Both the position numbers and the translations under genes were made by a program. Of a DNA stretch of 64,000 bases, positions 1-12,200 are shown piece by piece. The DNA is from Okamejei kenojei (taxonomy: Eukaryota). Location: assembly GCA_035221665.1 (NCBI GenBank), contig CM069160.1, positions 30,566,001 to 30,630,000 of the forward strand, given 5' to 3'. Numbering within the stretch: position 1 is the stretch's first letter; every line of letters begins with the position of its first letter. The notes beneath the pieces were generated by a model. It had not been told where the DNA came from, searched no databases, and saw only the letters and a program-made list of their open reading frames with translations.

Positions 1-1489
1 CTCTTTTTTTAGTTTCACTCTCTCCGCACTCGCCAATGCATGCTCCATTTTGGCGGAAACGCAACTCTGTGTTAATCTCCTCTCCCGACGGTCGTCCTTC
101 TCGTTCCGTGAGGGTCTCGGTTGAAGAAAGCGGTGTCTCAGAGCCCGGTTACTCCGCGCTGTTTGCTGGGCGCCGGTTACAGACTTGGTGGGGCAGGAGG
201 GTCCCCTGGACGAGGAGAGCTGAAGCGGCCCGCGCCGGGGGATTTGGACTAAGGGATTTATTGGTGGGGGAGGGGAATTAGATGGTAAGATGGGGAATTG
301 GCCGCCGGGGGGGGGGATTGCGGGTATTATTACTTGACCAAAGAAATGACCAGAGGTGTTGTCTTGGAGCGGTGGCGCTCAGGGACAGATCCCATGTTTG
401 CCAGCGGTTCAAGGGACACCCCCCTCTCACCCCCCCTCCCCTTCCCCCCCCCTGGTTGCCCCCTTCCTCTGGCCCACAGCCCTCCCTACGCGGAGGTGCA
501 GGCGCTCTCGGGTCGTTGGGGGGCCCCCTTGAGGAGGAATCTATGTAGGGAAGAGAAGGAGGAGACACAAGGAACTTGGTTTACAACTTGCCAACAAGAG
601 TCCCAGTTTCAGTAGTTAGAGAATAGTTTGAGAGTTAGTTCTGTAAGAAGGTAAAGAGTGGTCTCGCACCCGAAACGTCGCCTATCTCACTTTCGCTCCT
701 TAAGATGCTGCTGCACCCGCTGCTGTGTTTCTCCAGCCTTTTTGTCTTGTACTCCCAGCTACAGTAGTGTTAAAGAGGAAGAGATAGGAACATGCAGGAT
801 GATGGAGATTTCGAGGGTACAACAAAAAGCTGGGAGAAACCTCAGCGGCGTGTGCAGCAGCATTCTTAGGAGCGATGGAGATAGGCGGAGTACTACGAAA
901 TCGACGTTTTCGGGTCTGAAGACCCTTTCTTCAGATCTCATTGAGACCCTTCTTCAGATGCTCGTTTTCGGTGTGGTCGAAGGGGTACCCTTCTTCAGGA
1001 CTCGGTCGGCCTGAATAGTAGGGTCTTCGACCGAACCGAAACGTCGCCTATCTCCTTCGCTCCTTTGATGCTGCTGCCACCCGCTAGGTTTCTCCAGCTT
1101 TTTGTGTTACCCCAGCTACAGTTTAAGTCCCACCTGCCGTTGCGCTTGGAGTCCATATCCACCAAACAGTCCTTGTCCAAGGGTCTAGACCCGAAACTCG
1201 TCTCCGCCTATCGCCTCTTGACCTCTAGATGCTGCCTGCACCCGCTGAGTTTTCTCCGCTTTTTGTGTAACCACCTGTCCATGTACCTGTCTGTTTCTTA
1301 AACGTTGTGGATATAGTCCCAGCCCCTACTACTCTCCTCAACTGTCACAATGAATGGCAGGGCAGTGTCTCGAAGGGACAAATGGCCTCCTCCTGCGCCT
1401 ATTTTCTTGTGTTTCCCACCCAAGTTCCATATCTATACACTGGATGAGGTACTTCCAGCACTCTGTCTTTTCTGCAGGGTTGACCAGGG

Positions 1490-2262
1490 AGGTGGGGGGT
1501 GAGGCATGGGGGTGGTGGATTGGAGGTGGGGGGGGGGGGTGGGCGGTGGGGATGGAGGTGGGGCGGTTGTCGGTGAGGATGGGGGGTGGGGCTGGGAGTG
1601 AGGGTGAGGATGAGGATGAGGTGTTATGTGGGGCTGAGGGTGTCTGTGGGGTGGGGCTGGGGAGTGACGGTGGGGGATGGGGCTTTGTGGGGCTGGGGGT
1701 GGGGTTGGGGTGGTGTGGGGCTGGGGGTGGGGATGAGGATAGGGTGGGGCTGGTTCTGGGAGAGTGACGGTGGGGATGGGTGTGGGGCTGGGGGGTGAGG
1801 GTGGGGTTGGGTGTGGGGATGGGGTGCTTGGTGTTGGGTTGGGGATGAGGTAGGGGTGGGGCTGGAGTGTGACGGTGGGGGATGGCTGTGTGGCGGCTGG
1901 GGTTGTTGAGGGGTTGGGGGTTGAGGGTTGGGGGTGGGGGGTGAGGTATGCGTGTGGGGTGGGGTGAGGATGGGTGTGGGGCTGGCAATGAGGGATGGGT
2001 GGTGAGATGATGTGGGGCCTGGGGGTGGGGTTTGGTGGGGGTGAGGATGGGGGTGGGGATGGGTGAGGATAGGGGAATGGGGGTGTGGATGGGTGGGGGT
2101 GCGGTATTGGGGGTTGCGAGATAGGAGATCGGGGGTCTGAGGATGGGAGTGGAGGGTGAGGATGGAGTGAGGGTGTGAGGATTAGGGGTTGGGTCGTGGG
2201 GATGGGGGTGAGGATGGGTGTTGGGATTGGGGGTTTGTGAGGGTGGGGTGGGGGGGGGGGAG
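1490..2262. repeat. G/T-rich low-complexity tract
   Basis: GGGGT/GAGGAT-type degenerate repeats close to a contig end. Confidence 0.85.
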
Positions 2263-2552
2263 TTAATTAATAAATGGTAAGGAGAAAGGCCAGGAAAATG
2301 AAATAAAAGACATAAAACGGTTTTGTGAGTTAAGATGTTAGGGAAGAAAGGCATATTGTGAAGCCAGCGAGAGTTCAAAGTAAGTTTAAGTCAAGTCACC
2401 ATTATTTGTCACATACCGTCATACAAGCTGTACAGCGAAAAAAAATTATCCGCACGTAAGTCAATACGTCATCACGCGCGGAAAAATTTTTCCTGTGAAC
2501 TGATACGTCAGTCAATTATCTGAGCTCACAGTCTATACTCATCTTCTCTATG

Positions 2553-3052
2553 NNNNNNNNNNNNNNNNNNNNNNNNNNNNNNNNNNNNNNNNNNNNNNNN
2601 NNNNNNNNNNNNNNNNNNNNNNNNNNNNNNNNNNNNNNNNNNNNNNNNNNNNNNNNNNNNNNNNNNNNNNNNNNNNNNNNNNNNNNNNNNNNNNNNNNNN
2701 NNNNNNNNNNNNNNNNNNNNNNNNNNNNNNNNNNNNNNNNNNNNNNNNNNNNNNNNNNNNNNNNNNNNNNNNNNNNNNNNNNNNNNNNNNNNNNNNNNNN
2801 NNNNNNNNNNNNNNNNNNNNNNNNNNNNNNNNNNNNNNNNNNNNNNNNNNNNNNNNNNNNNNNNNNNNNNNNNNNNNNNNNNNNNNNNNNNNNNNNNNNN
2901 NNNNNNNNNNNNNNNNNNNNNNNNNNNNNNNNNNNNNNNNNNNNNNNNNNNNNNNNNNNNNNNNNNNNNNNNNNNNNNNNNNNNNNNNNNNNNNNNNNNN
3001 NNNNNNNNNNNNNNNNNNNNNNNNNNNNNNNNNNNNNNNNNNNNNNNNNNNN
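2553..3052. other. Assembly gap (500 N)
   Basis: N run. Confidence 1.
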
Positions 3053-4295
3053 CATAGAGAATAGTATTGTAGAGTGGATAAGGGAGAACCTGAAGAAGTG
3101 ATTATATCTGAACTTTCAGAGGCGATAAGAGATTAGCATTCAAACTTGAAAGCACACGTATTTGGGGTTCAGTATTGATGTGGGTAGGAGAACTGGCTGG
3201 CAGACAGAAGCCAAAGAGTATAGGAGTAAAACGGTCTTTTCAGAATGACAGGCAGTGACAAGTGGGGTAACCAAACAAGGCTCATGCAGGAACCCCAGCT
3301 ATTTACAATATATATAATGATCTGATGAGGGAATTGAATGCAAACATCTCCAAGTTTACGGATTGACACGAAGCTGGGGAGGCAGTGTTACTGTTAGGGG
3401 GCTGCAAGGTGACTTGGATAGGCTGGGTGAAGTGGGCAAATGCCATGGCAGATGCAGTATAATGTGGATAAATGTGAGGTTATCCACTTTGCGGCAAAAA
3501 CAGAGGGTAACTATTTTCTGAATGGTGGTTCTGATTAGAAAAAGGGGAAGATGCAACGTAGACCTGGGGTGTCCTGGTACACCAGTCATTGAAAGTAGGA
3601 TGCAGGTGCAGCAGGCTGTGAAGAAAGCGAATGGTATGTTGGCATTCATAGCATAAAAGGATTTGTGTACAAGAACAGGGAGGTTTCTTGCAGTTGTACA
3701 GGGTCTTGGTGAGGCCACACCTGGAGTATTGCATACAAGTTTTGGTCATCCTCATCTGAGAAACGACATTCCTTGCCATTAGAGGGGAGTACAGAGAAGG
3801 TTCACCAGGGACTGATTCCTGGGATGGCAAGGACTTCATACGAAGAGGAGACTGGATAGACTGGCTGGTACTCGCTGGAATTTAGGAGATTGAGGGGGGA
3901 TCTTTATAGAGACTTACAAAAATTCTTAAAGGTTGGACAGGCTAGATGCAGAAGATTGTCCCCGATGTTGGAACTCTAGAACAAGGGGTCACAGTTTTAA
4001 GGATTAAGGGGGAAGTCTTTTAGGACCGAGATGAGAAAGATCTTATTTCACACAGAGAGTGGTGAGTCTGTGGAATTCTCTGCCACAGAAGGTAGTTGAG
4101 GCCAGTTCATTGGCATATATTTAGAGGGAGTTAGATGTGGCCCTTGTGGCTAAAGGAGGATCAGGGGGTATGGAGAGAAGGCAGGTACAGGATACTGAGT
4201 TGTATGATCAGCCATAATCATATTGCATGGCGGTGCAGGCTCGAAGGGCCGAATGGACCTACTCCTGCACCTATTGTCTATGTTTCTGTTTCTAT
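3053..4295 (+). mobile_element. CR1 LINE 3' fragment (indel-rich)
   Basis: Same family as 18710-20885, ending in a ctatgttt tail. Confidence 0.9.
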
Positions 4296-4630
4296 GATTC
4301 TACTCCAACATGAATCCGTCACGTACACTGACCACTAAATAGTGTGTAATAGAATTACGAAGATTAAAATTGAACACAAATGCATTTACATATGAATTAG
4401 CCTATTGATCACTATTTCTCTCATGACCTCTCGTGGAACCCTTGCGTTCCGGGGAACCCGGTTGCGAAACACTGCTGTGGACGGTTGGATTTGCAACCAT
4501 AATTTATTGTTCTTCATCTCTCACATCATCGTCTACACCTCTCGTTTTCCTTTGTCCCAAATCAGTCTGAAGAAGTGTCTCGACCCGAAACATCACCCAT
4601 TCCTTCTCTCCAGAAATGCAGCTGTCTGTC

Positions 4631-5170
4631 CATAAAACATAGAACAATAGGCAGGAGGAGGCCATTTCGCCCTTCGAGCTAGAACCACCATTCATTGTGA
4701 TCATTGTTGATCTTCCCCTATCTATAACCCGTGCCTGCCTTCTCCCCATATCCCTTGATTCCACTAACCCCTAGAGCTCTATCTAACGCTCTCTTAAATC
4801 CATCCATTGACTTGGCCTCCACTGCCCTCTGTGGCAGGGAATTCCATAAATTCACAACTCTTTGGCTGAAAAAGTATTTTCTCACCTCAGTCTTAAATGA
4901 CCTCCCCTTTATTCTAAGACTGTGGCCCCTAGCTTTGGACTCACCCAACATTGGGAACATATTTCCTGCATCTAGCTTGTCCAGTCCTTTTATAATTGCA
5001 TATGTTTCTATAAGATCACCCTTCATCCTTCTAAACTCTAGTGCATACAAGCCTTGTCTTTTCAATCTTTCCTCGTAGAACAGTCCCGCCATCCCAGGGA
5101 TCAATTTCGTGATCCTACGTTGCACTGCCTCAATCACAAGCATGTCCTTCCTCAAATTAGGAGACCAAAA
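4631..5170 (-). mobile_element. CR1 LINE 3' fragment
   Basis: ORF 4718..5155 VQRRITKLIPG..GDLIETY..QRVVNLWNSLP. Confidence 0.9.
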
Positions 5171-6445
5171 TGTAATGTAACTCCCGCTGAGTTACTCCAG
5201 CCTATTGTGTCTATCTTCGGTCTAAACCAGCATCTGTAGTTCCTTCCTACTCTTTCCTTTGAATGGACAGCACACAAACTATTTAGCTTTTCATTGCAGC
5301 TTGGTATTCATAACAATAAGACTTGTTAGGACTCTAGGGTGCCAGCTATAGGGTGAGGTTGAGTCGGCTGGGTCTCTATTCCATGGAGCGTAGGAGGATG
5401 AGGGGAGATCTCACAGAGGTGTACAAAATCATGAGAGGAATAGATCTGCTAGATGCACAGTCTTTTACCCAATCTTTAAGAAAGAACTGCCGATGCCGGA
5501 AAAATCGAAGGTAGACAAAAATGCTGGAGAAACTCAGCGGGTGAGGCAGCACCTATGGAGCGAAGGAATAGGTGACGTTTCGGGTCGAGACCCTTCTTCA
5601 GACTGAACTAAGTGTGTCTTCCTTCGAGTCTCTTACCCAGAGTAGGGGAATCGAGGACCAGAGGACATAGGTTCAAGGTGAAGGGGAAACGATAGAATAG
5701 AATCTGAGGGTAACTTTTTTCACACAGAGGGTGGTGGGTGTATGGAACAAGTTGCCGGAGGAGGTAGTTGAGGCTGGGACTATCCAATCGTTTAAGAAAC
5801 AGTTGGACCGGTGCATGGATGGGACAGGTTTGGAGGGATATGGAACCAAGCGCAGGCAGGTGGGACTAATGTTGCTGGGACATTGTTGGCTGGTGTGGGC
5901 AAGTTGGGACGAAGGGCCTGTTGCCACACAGTTATCACTCCATGACTCAACGAACAATAAGCGAAACTAAAATCGTCCAATTCCTTGTCCAATTTGGAAA
6001 AGGGTTTTTTCTTTGCAGGAGTGAGTGGCTGCTGTTCCGATTTTTAACTCGGGCACTGAGGAGCGGGCCCGGGGAGGTGGGGACGACTCAACAGGTGAGT
6101 GAGACCCATTGGACATCTCTCAGCCGCTGGGACAAAGCGATCGCTCCACCTTCTTTGCAACTTAGCGGAGACTCGCTGGAAGTGGAAGGGGACACCCCGT
6201 AGGAGTTCTGAGGCTATCTCAACGAATATTGTTTTGTCAAAACAAGGAACTGCAGATGCTGTTTAACACACAAAAAAAACACAGAGTGCTGGAGTAAAAT
6301 AGAAACATGGAAAATAGGAGTAGGCCATTCAGCCCCTGGGGCCAGCACCGCCATTCAATATGATTTTGGCTGCTGGCTGCATGGCTGTTTTTCCCCATAT
6401 TTAGAAGGTTGGGAGGGGATCTTATTGAAACATATAAGATTGTTA

Positions 6446-6482
6446 AGGGTCTGAAGAAGGGTCTCGACCCGAAACGTCACCT
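6446..6482 (+). ncRNA. Minimal hammerhead ribozyme motif (further copies with cores at 10879, 14271, 18351)
   Basis: GGGU CUGAAGA A GGGU CUCG ACCC GAAAC GUC ACCU: intact core, stem II, palindromic ACGU stem III, 4-bp stem I. Confidence 0.75.
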
Positions 6483-8096
6483 GTTCCTTCGCTCCATAGA
6501 TGCTGCCTCAACCGCTGAGTTTCTCCAGCATTTTTGTCTTCTTTCAATTTTTCCAGCATCTGCAGCTCTTAAACTTTAAGGGTTTGGACACGCTAGAGGC
6601 AGGAAACATGTTCCTGATTGTTGGGGGAGTCCCTAACCAGGGCCACAGTTTAAGAATAAGGGGTAAGACATTTAGAACGGTGAGATGAGGAAACACTTTT
6701 TCGCACAGAGAGTTGTGAGTCAATGGAATTCTTTGCCTCAGAGGGCGTGGAGGCAGGTTCATCTGGATACTTTCAAGAGAGAGCTAGATCGGGCTCTTAA
6801 AGATAGAAGAATAGAAACATAGAAAAATACGTGCAGGCGTAAGCCATTCGGCCCTTCGAGCCTGCACCGCCATTCAATATTGATCAATGGCTGATCGTTC
6901 AACTCCGTATCCTGTACCTGTCTTTGCTCCATACCCCCTGATCCCTTTAGCCGCAAGGGCCACATCTAACTCCCTCTTATATATAGCCAATGAACTGGCC
7001 TCAACTACCTTCTATGTCAGAGAATTCCAGAGACTCACCACTCTCTGTGTGAAAAATGTTTTTCTCATCTCGGTCCTAAAAGACTTCCCCCTTATCCTTA
7101 AACTGTGACCCCTTGTTCTGGAGTTCCCCAACATCGGGAACAATCTTCCTGCATCTAGCCTGTCCAACCCCTTAAGAACTTTGTAAGTTTCTATAAGATC
7201 CCCCCTCAATCTTCTAAAGTCTAGCGGCTACAAGCCGAGTCTATCCAGTCTTTCCTCATATGAAAGTCCTGACATCCCAGGAATCAGTCTGGTGAACCTT
7301 CTCTGTACCCCCTCAATGGCAAGAATGTCTTTCCTCAGATTAGGAGACCAAAACTGTACGCAATACTCCGGGTGTGGTCTCACCAAAACCCTGTACAACT
7401 GCAGTAGAACCTCCCTGCTCCTATACTTAAAACCTTTTTGCTATGAATGTCCAACATACCATTTGCTTTTCTTCACGGACTGCTGCACCTGCATGCCTAC
7501 TTTCAATGACTGGTGTACCATAACACCCAGGTCTCGTTACATCTCCCCTTTTCCTAATTGGCCACCATTCAGATAACAGTCTACTTTCCTGTTTTTGCCA
7601 CCAAAGTGGATAACCTCACATTTATCCACATTATACTGCACCTGCCATGCATTTGCCCACTCGCCAAGCCTATCCAAGTCACCTTGCAGCCTCCTAGCAT
7701 CCTCCTCACACCTAACACTGCCCCCCAGCATCATGTCACCTGCAAACTTGGAGATGTTGCATTCAATTCCCTCGTCCAAATCATTAATATATATTGTAAA
7801 TAGCTGGGGTCCCAGCACTGAGCCTTGCGGTACCCCATTAGTCACTGCCTGCCATTCTGAAAAGGACCCGTTTACTCCTACACTTTGCTTCCTGTCTGCC
7901 AGCCAGTTCTCTATCCACATCAAATTGAGGCAGTGCAACGTAGGATCACGAGATTGATCCCTGGGATGGCGGGACTGTTCTACGAGGAAAGATTGAAAAG
8001 ACAAGGCTTGTATGCACTAGAGTTTAGAAGGATGAGGGGTGATCTTATAGAAACATATGCAATTATAAAAGGACTGGACAAGCTAGATGCAGGAAA

Positions 8097-9236
8097 GGGT
8101 ACACAAAAAGCTGGAGAAACTCAGCGGGTGCAGCAGCATCTAAGGAGCGAAGGAGATAGGCGACGTTTCGGGTTGAGACCCTTCTTCAGACTGGTCAGGG
8201 ATCAGGGAAACGAGAGATATAGACGGTGATGTGGAGAGATAAGGAACAATGAGTGAAAGATATGCAAAAAAGTATCGGTGATAAAGGGAACAAGCCATTG
8301 TAAAGCTGTTTGTGGTGTGAAATTAAGAAGCTGGTGCGACTGGGTGGGGGAGGGAGATAGAGATAGAGGGAATGCCAGGGCCCGAGGGCTGAGGGAGAGG
8401 TGGGAAGGGGAGGAGACAGTAAGGGTTAACAGAATTGAGAAAATTCAATATTCAAGCCCAAAGGATGCAGACTCCCCAAGCGGAATATGAGGTGCTGTTC
8501 CTCCAGCTTGCGGTGTTGCTCACTCTGGCCGTGGAGGAGGCCCAGGACGAGAGGTCGGGATGTGGAATGGGAGGGGGAGTTGAAGTGCTGAGCCACCGGG
8601 AGGTCGGGTTGGTTATTGCGGACCGAGCGGAGGTGTTCGGCGAAGCGATCGCCAAGCCTCCGCTTGGTCTCACTGATATAGATCATCTGGCATCTGGAGC
8701 AGCGGATGCAATAGATGAGGTTATGGAGGAGGGTGCAGGTGAAACCTCTGTCGGACCTGGAAGGACTGCTTGGGTCCCTGAAAGGAGTGGAGGGGGGAGG
8801 TGAAGGGACAAGTGTTGCATTTCTTGCGGTTGCAAGGGAAAGTGCCCGGGGAAGGGGTAGAGTGGGAGGGGAGGGAAGAATGGACAAGGGAGTTGCGGAG
8901 GGAGCGGTCTTTCCGGAAGGCAGACAGGGGGGGGAGATGGAAAGATTGTGGCGGGTGGAGGGGTCACGTTGGAGGTGGCGAAACTGGCGGAGGACTATAT
9001 GTTGTATTTGCCGGCTGGTGGGGTGAAAGGTGAGGACCAGGGGGACTCTGCCCTGTTTGCGAGTGGGGGAATGGGGAGCGAGGGCAGTGTTGCGGGGTAT
9101 GGAGGAGACCCTGGTGCGAGCCTCATCAATAGTGTGGGAGGGGAATCCCCGTTCTCTGAAGAATGAGGCCATTTGTGATGACCTGGTGTGGAACACCTCA
9201 TCCTGGGAGCAGATGCGGCGTAGACGGAGGAATTGG
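8097..9236 (-). mobile_element. 5'-truncated Penelope-like retroelement (GIY-YIG endonuclease) with 11-bp target-site duplication
   Basis: ORF 8426..9196: NLIYCIRCSRCQMIYISETKRRLGDRFAEH..PVAQHFN. GATGCAGGAAA is duplicated at 8086-8096 and 9237-9247. Confidence 0.92.
8158..8194 (-). ncRNA. Minimal type I hammerhead ribozyme motif in the Penelope 3' repeat
   Basis: Minus strand reads CAGU CUGAAGA A GGGU CUCA ACCC GAAAC GUC GCCU. Confidence 0.75.
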
Positions 9237-12200
9237 GATGCAGGAAATATGTTCCCAATTAAACCAGTATCTGCAGTTCCTTCCTACTCTTTCCTTTGAA
9301 TGGACAGCACACGAACTATTTGGCTTTTCATTGCAGCTCGGTATTCATAACAATAAGACTTGTTAGGACTCTAGGGTGCCAGCTATCGGGTGAGGTTGAG
9401 TCGGCTGGGTCTCTATTCCATGGAGCGTATGAGTATGAGGGGAGATCTCACAGAGGTATACAAAATCATGAGAGGAATAGATCTGCTAGATGCACAGTCT
9501 TTTACCCAATCTTTAAGAAAGAACTGCCGATGCCGGAAAAATCGAAGGTAGACAAAAATGCTGGAGAAACAGAGGACATAGGTTCAAGGTGAAGGGGAAA
9601 CGATAGAATAGGAATCCGAGGGGTAACTTTTTCACACAGAGGGTGGTGGGTGTATGGAACAAGTTGTCGGAGAAGGTAGTCGAGGCTGGGACTATCCAAT
9701 CGTTTAAGAAACAGTTGGATCGGTACATGGATGGGACAGGTTTGGAGGGATATGGACCAAGCGCAGGCAGGTGGGACTAATGTTGCTGGGACATTGTTGG
9801 CTGGTGTGGGCAAGTTGGGACGAAGGGCCTGTTGCCACACAGTTATCACTCCATGACTCAACGAACAATAAGCGAAACTAAAATCGTCCAATTCCTCGTC
9901 CAATTTGGAAAAGGGTTTGTCTTTGCAGGAGTGAGTGGCTGCTGTTCCGATTTTTAACTCGGGCACGGAGGAGCGGGCCCGGGGAGGTGGGGACGACTCA
10001 ACAGGTGAGTGAGACCCCTGGACATCTCTCAGCCGCTGGGACAAAGCGATCGCTCCACCTTCTTTGCAACTTAGCGGAGACTCGCTAGAAGGTGGAAGGG
10101 GACACCCCGCTGTTCCCCCCCCCCCCCCCCCGGGATGAGGCTGGGACCGAGACCAGGGTTGGTTTCCCGGGGCCGGAGTGCCAGTTTGCCCCCCGCTCGG
10201 GAGAGCGTGGGGGCCGGTGCGGGTCAGGGAAGGTCTAGGCGGCGGCCGGGAGAGTTGGTCCGTTCACTGGGATCGTTATACAGCGTGTAAAACAGGCCCT
10301 TCGGCCCAACGTGCCCCATCTACACTAGTCCCACCTGCCTGCGCTTGGTCCACATCTCTCCAAACATGTCCTATCCATCTACTGTATTTCAACGTTGGGA
10401 TAGTCCCCAGCCTCAAACTACCTCCTCCGGCAGCTTTGTTCCACACACCCAACACCATCTGTGTGGAAAGACATGTTCGTTCACAGCGCTCTCGGCCGGG
10501 AATGTAGCTGCGAGTCCGACCATGCAAAGAAAATATTAAATCCCCTTCTCATTCTCACAGACCGGCACAAACTGTTGTAGTAACTCTCAGCGGGACAGGC
10601 AGGCAGCATCTTTGGAGAGAAGGAGTGGGGGTCGTTTCTAGTCGAGACACTTCTTCAGACTCTGCATTTTCAAGATCCATCAGTCTGAAGAAATGCCTCG
10701 ACCCGAAATGTCACCCATTCCTTCTCTCCAGGGACGCTGCCTGGAGAGAAGGAATTCAGCCCCTGGGGCCAACACCGCCATTCAATATGACTTTGGCTGC
10801 TGGCTGCATGGCTGCTTTTTCCCCATATTTAGAAGGTTGGGAGGGGATCTTATTGAAACATATAAGATTGTTAAGGGTCTGAAGAAGGGTCTGGACCCGA
10901 AACGTCACCTGTTCCTTCGCTCCATAGATGCTGCCTCACCCCCGCTGAGTTTCTCCAGCATTTTTTTATCTTCTTTCAATTTTTCCAGCATCTGCAGCTC
11001 TTAAACTTTAAGGGTTTGGACACGCTAGAGGCAGGACACATGTTCCCGATTGTTGGGCGAGTCTCCGAATCATGGCCACAGTTTAAGAATAAGGGGTAAG
11101 ACATTTAGAACGGAGATGAGGAAACACTTTTTCGCACAGAGAGTTGTGAGTCAGTGGAATTATTTGCCTCAGAGGGCGGTGGAGGCAGGTTCTCTGGATA
11201 CTTTCAAGAGAGAGCTAGATCGGGCTCTTAAAGATAGAAGAATAGAAACATAGAAAATACGTGCAGGAGTAAGCCATTCGGCCCTTCGAGACTGCACCAC
11301 CATTCAATATGATCATGGCTGATCGTTCAACTCCGTATCCTGTACCTGTCTTTGCTCCATACCCCCTGATCCCTTTAGCCACAAGGGCCACATCGAACTC
11401 CCTCTTCAATATAGCCAATGAACTGGCCTCAACTACCTTCTCTGTCAGAGAATTCCAGAGACTCACCACTCTCTGTGTGAAAATGTTTTTCTCATCTCGG
11501 TCCTAAAAGACTTCCCCCTTATCCTTAAACTGTGAGCCCTTGTTCTGGAGTTCCTCAACATCGGGAACAATCTTCCTGCATCTAGCCTGTCCAACCCCTT
11601 AAGAATTTTGTAAGTTTCTATAAGATCCCCCCTCAATCTTCTAAAGTCTAGTGGCTACAAGCCGAGTCTATCCAGTCTTTCCTCATATGAAAGTCCTGAC
11701 ATCCCAGGAATCAGTCTGGTGAACCTTCTCTGTACCCCCTCAATGGCAAGAATGTATTTCCTCAGATTTGGAGACCAAAACTGTACGCAATACTCCACGT
11801 GTGGTCTCACCAAAACCCTGTACAACTGCAGTAGAAACTCCCTGCTCCTATACTTAAAACCTTTTGCTATGAATGCCAACATACCATTCGCTTTCTTCAC
11901 GGCCTGCTGCACCTGCATGCCTACTTTCAATGACCACTACCATAACACCCAGGTCTCGTTACATCTCCCCTTTTCCTAATTGGCCACCATTCAGATAACA
12001 GCCTACCTTCCTAGTTTTGCCACCGAAGTGGATAACCTCACATTTATCCACATTATACTGCATCTGCCCATGCATTTTGCCCACTCGCCCAGCCTATCCA
12101 AGTCACCTTGCAGCCTCCTAGCATCCTCCTCACACCTAACACTGCCCCCCAGCATCATGTCACCTGCAAACTGGAGATGTTTGCATTCAATTCCCTCGTC

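Noticed and set aside
1338-2378. 346-aa Pro/His/Thr-rich ORF
   Set aside because: Product of a G/T-rich low-complexity tract near a contig end; no domain or splice support.
2516-3101. ORFs spanning N runs (also 25481-25931 and 54005-54903)
   Set aside because: Artefacts of assembly gaps.
5943-5949. AP-1 site TGACTCA in the gene 1 promoter copies
   Set aside because: Formed at the end of a CR1 tail repeat; too weak to call.
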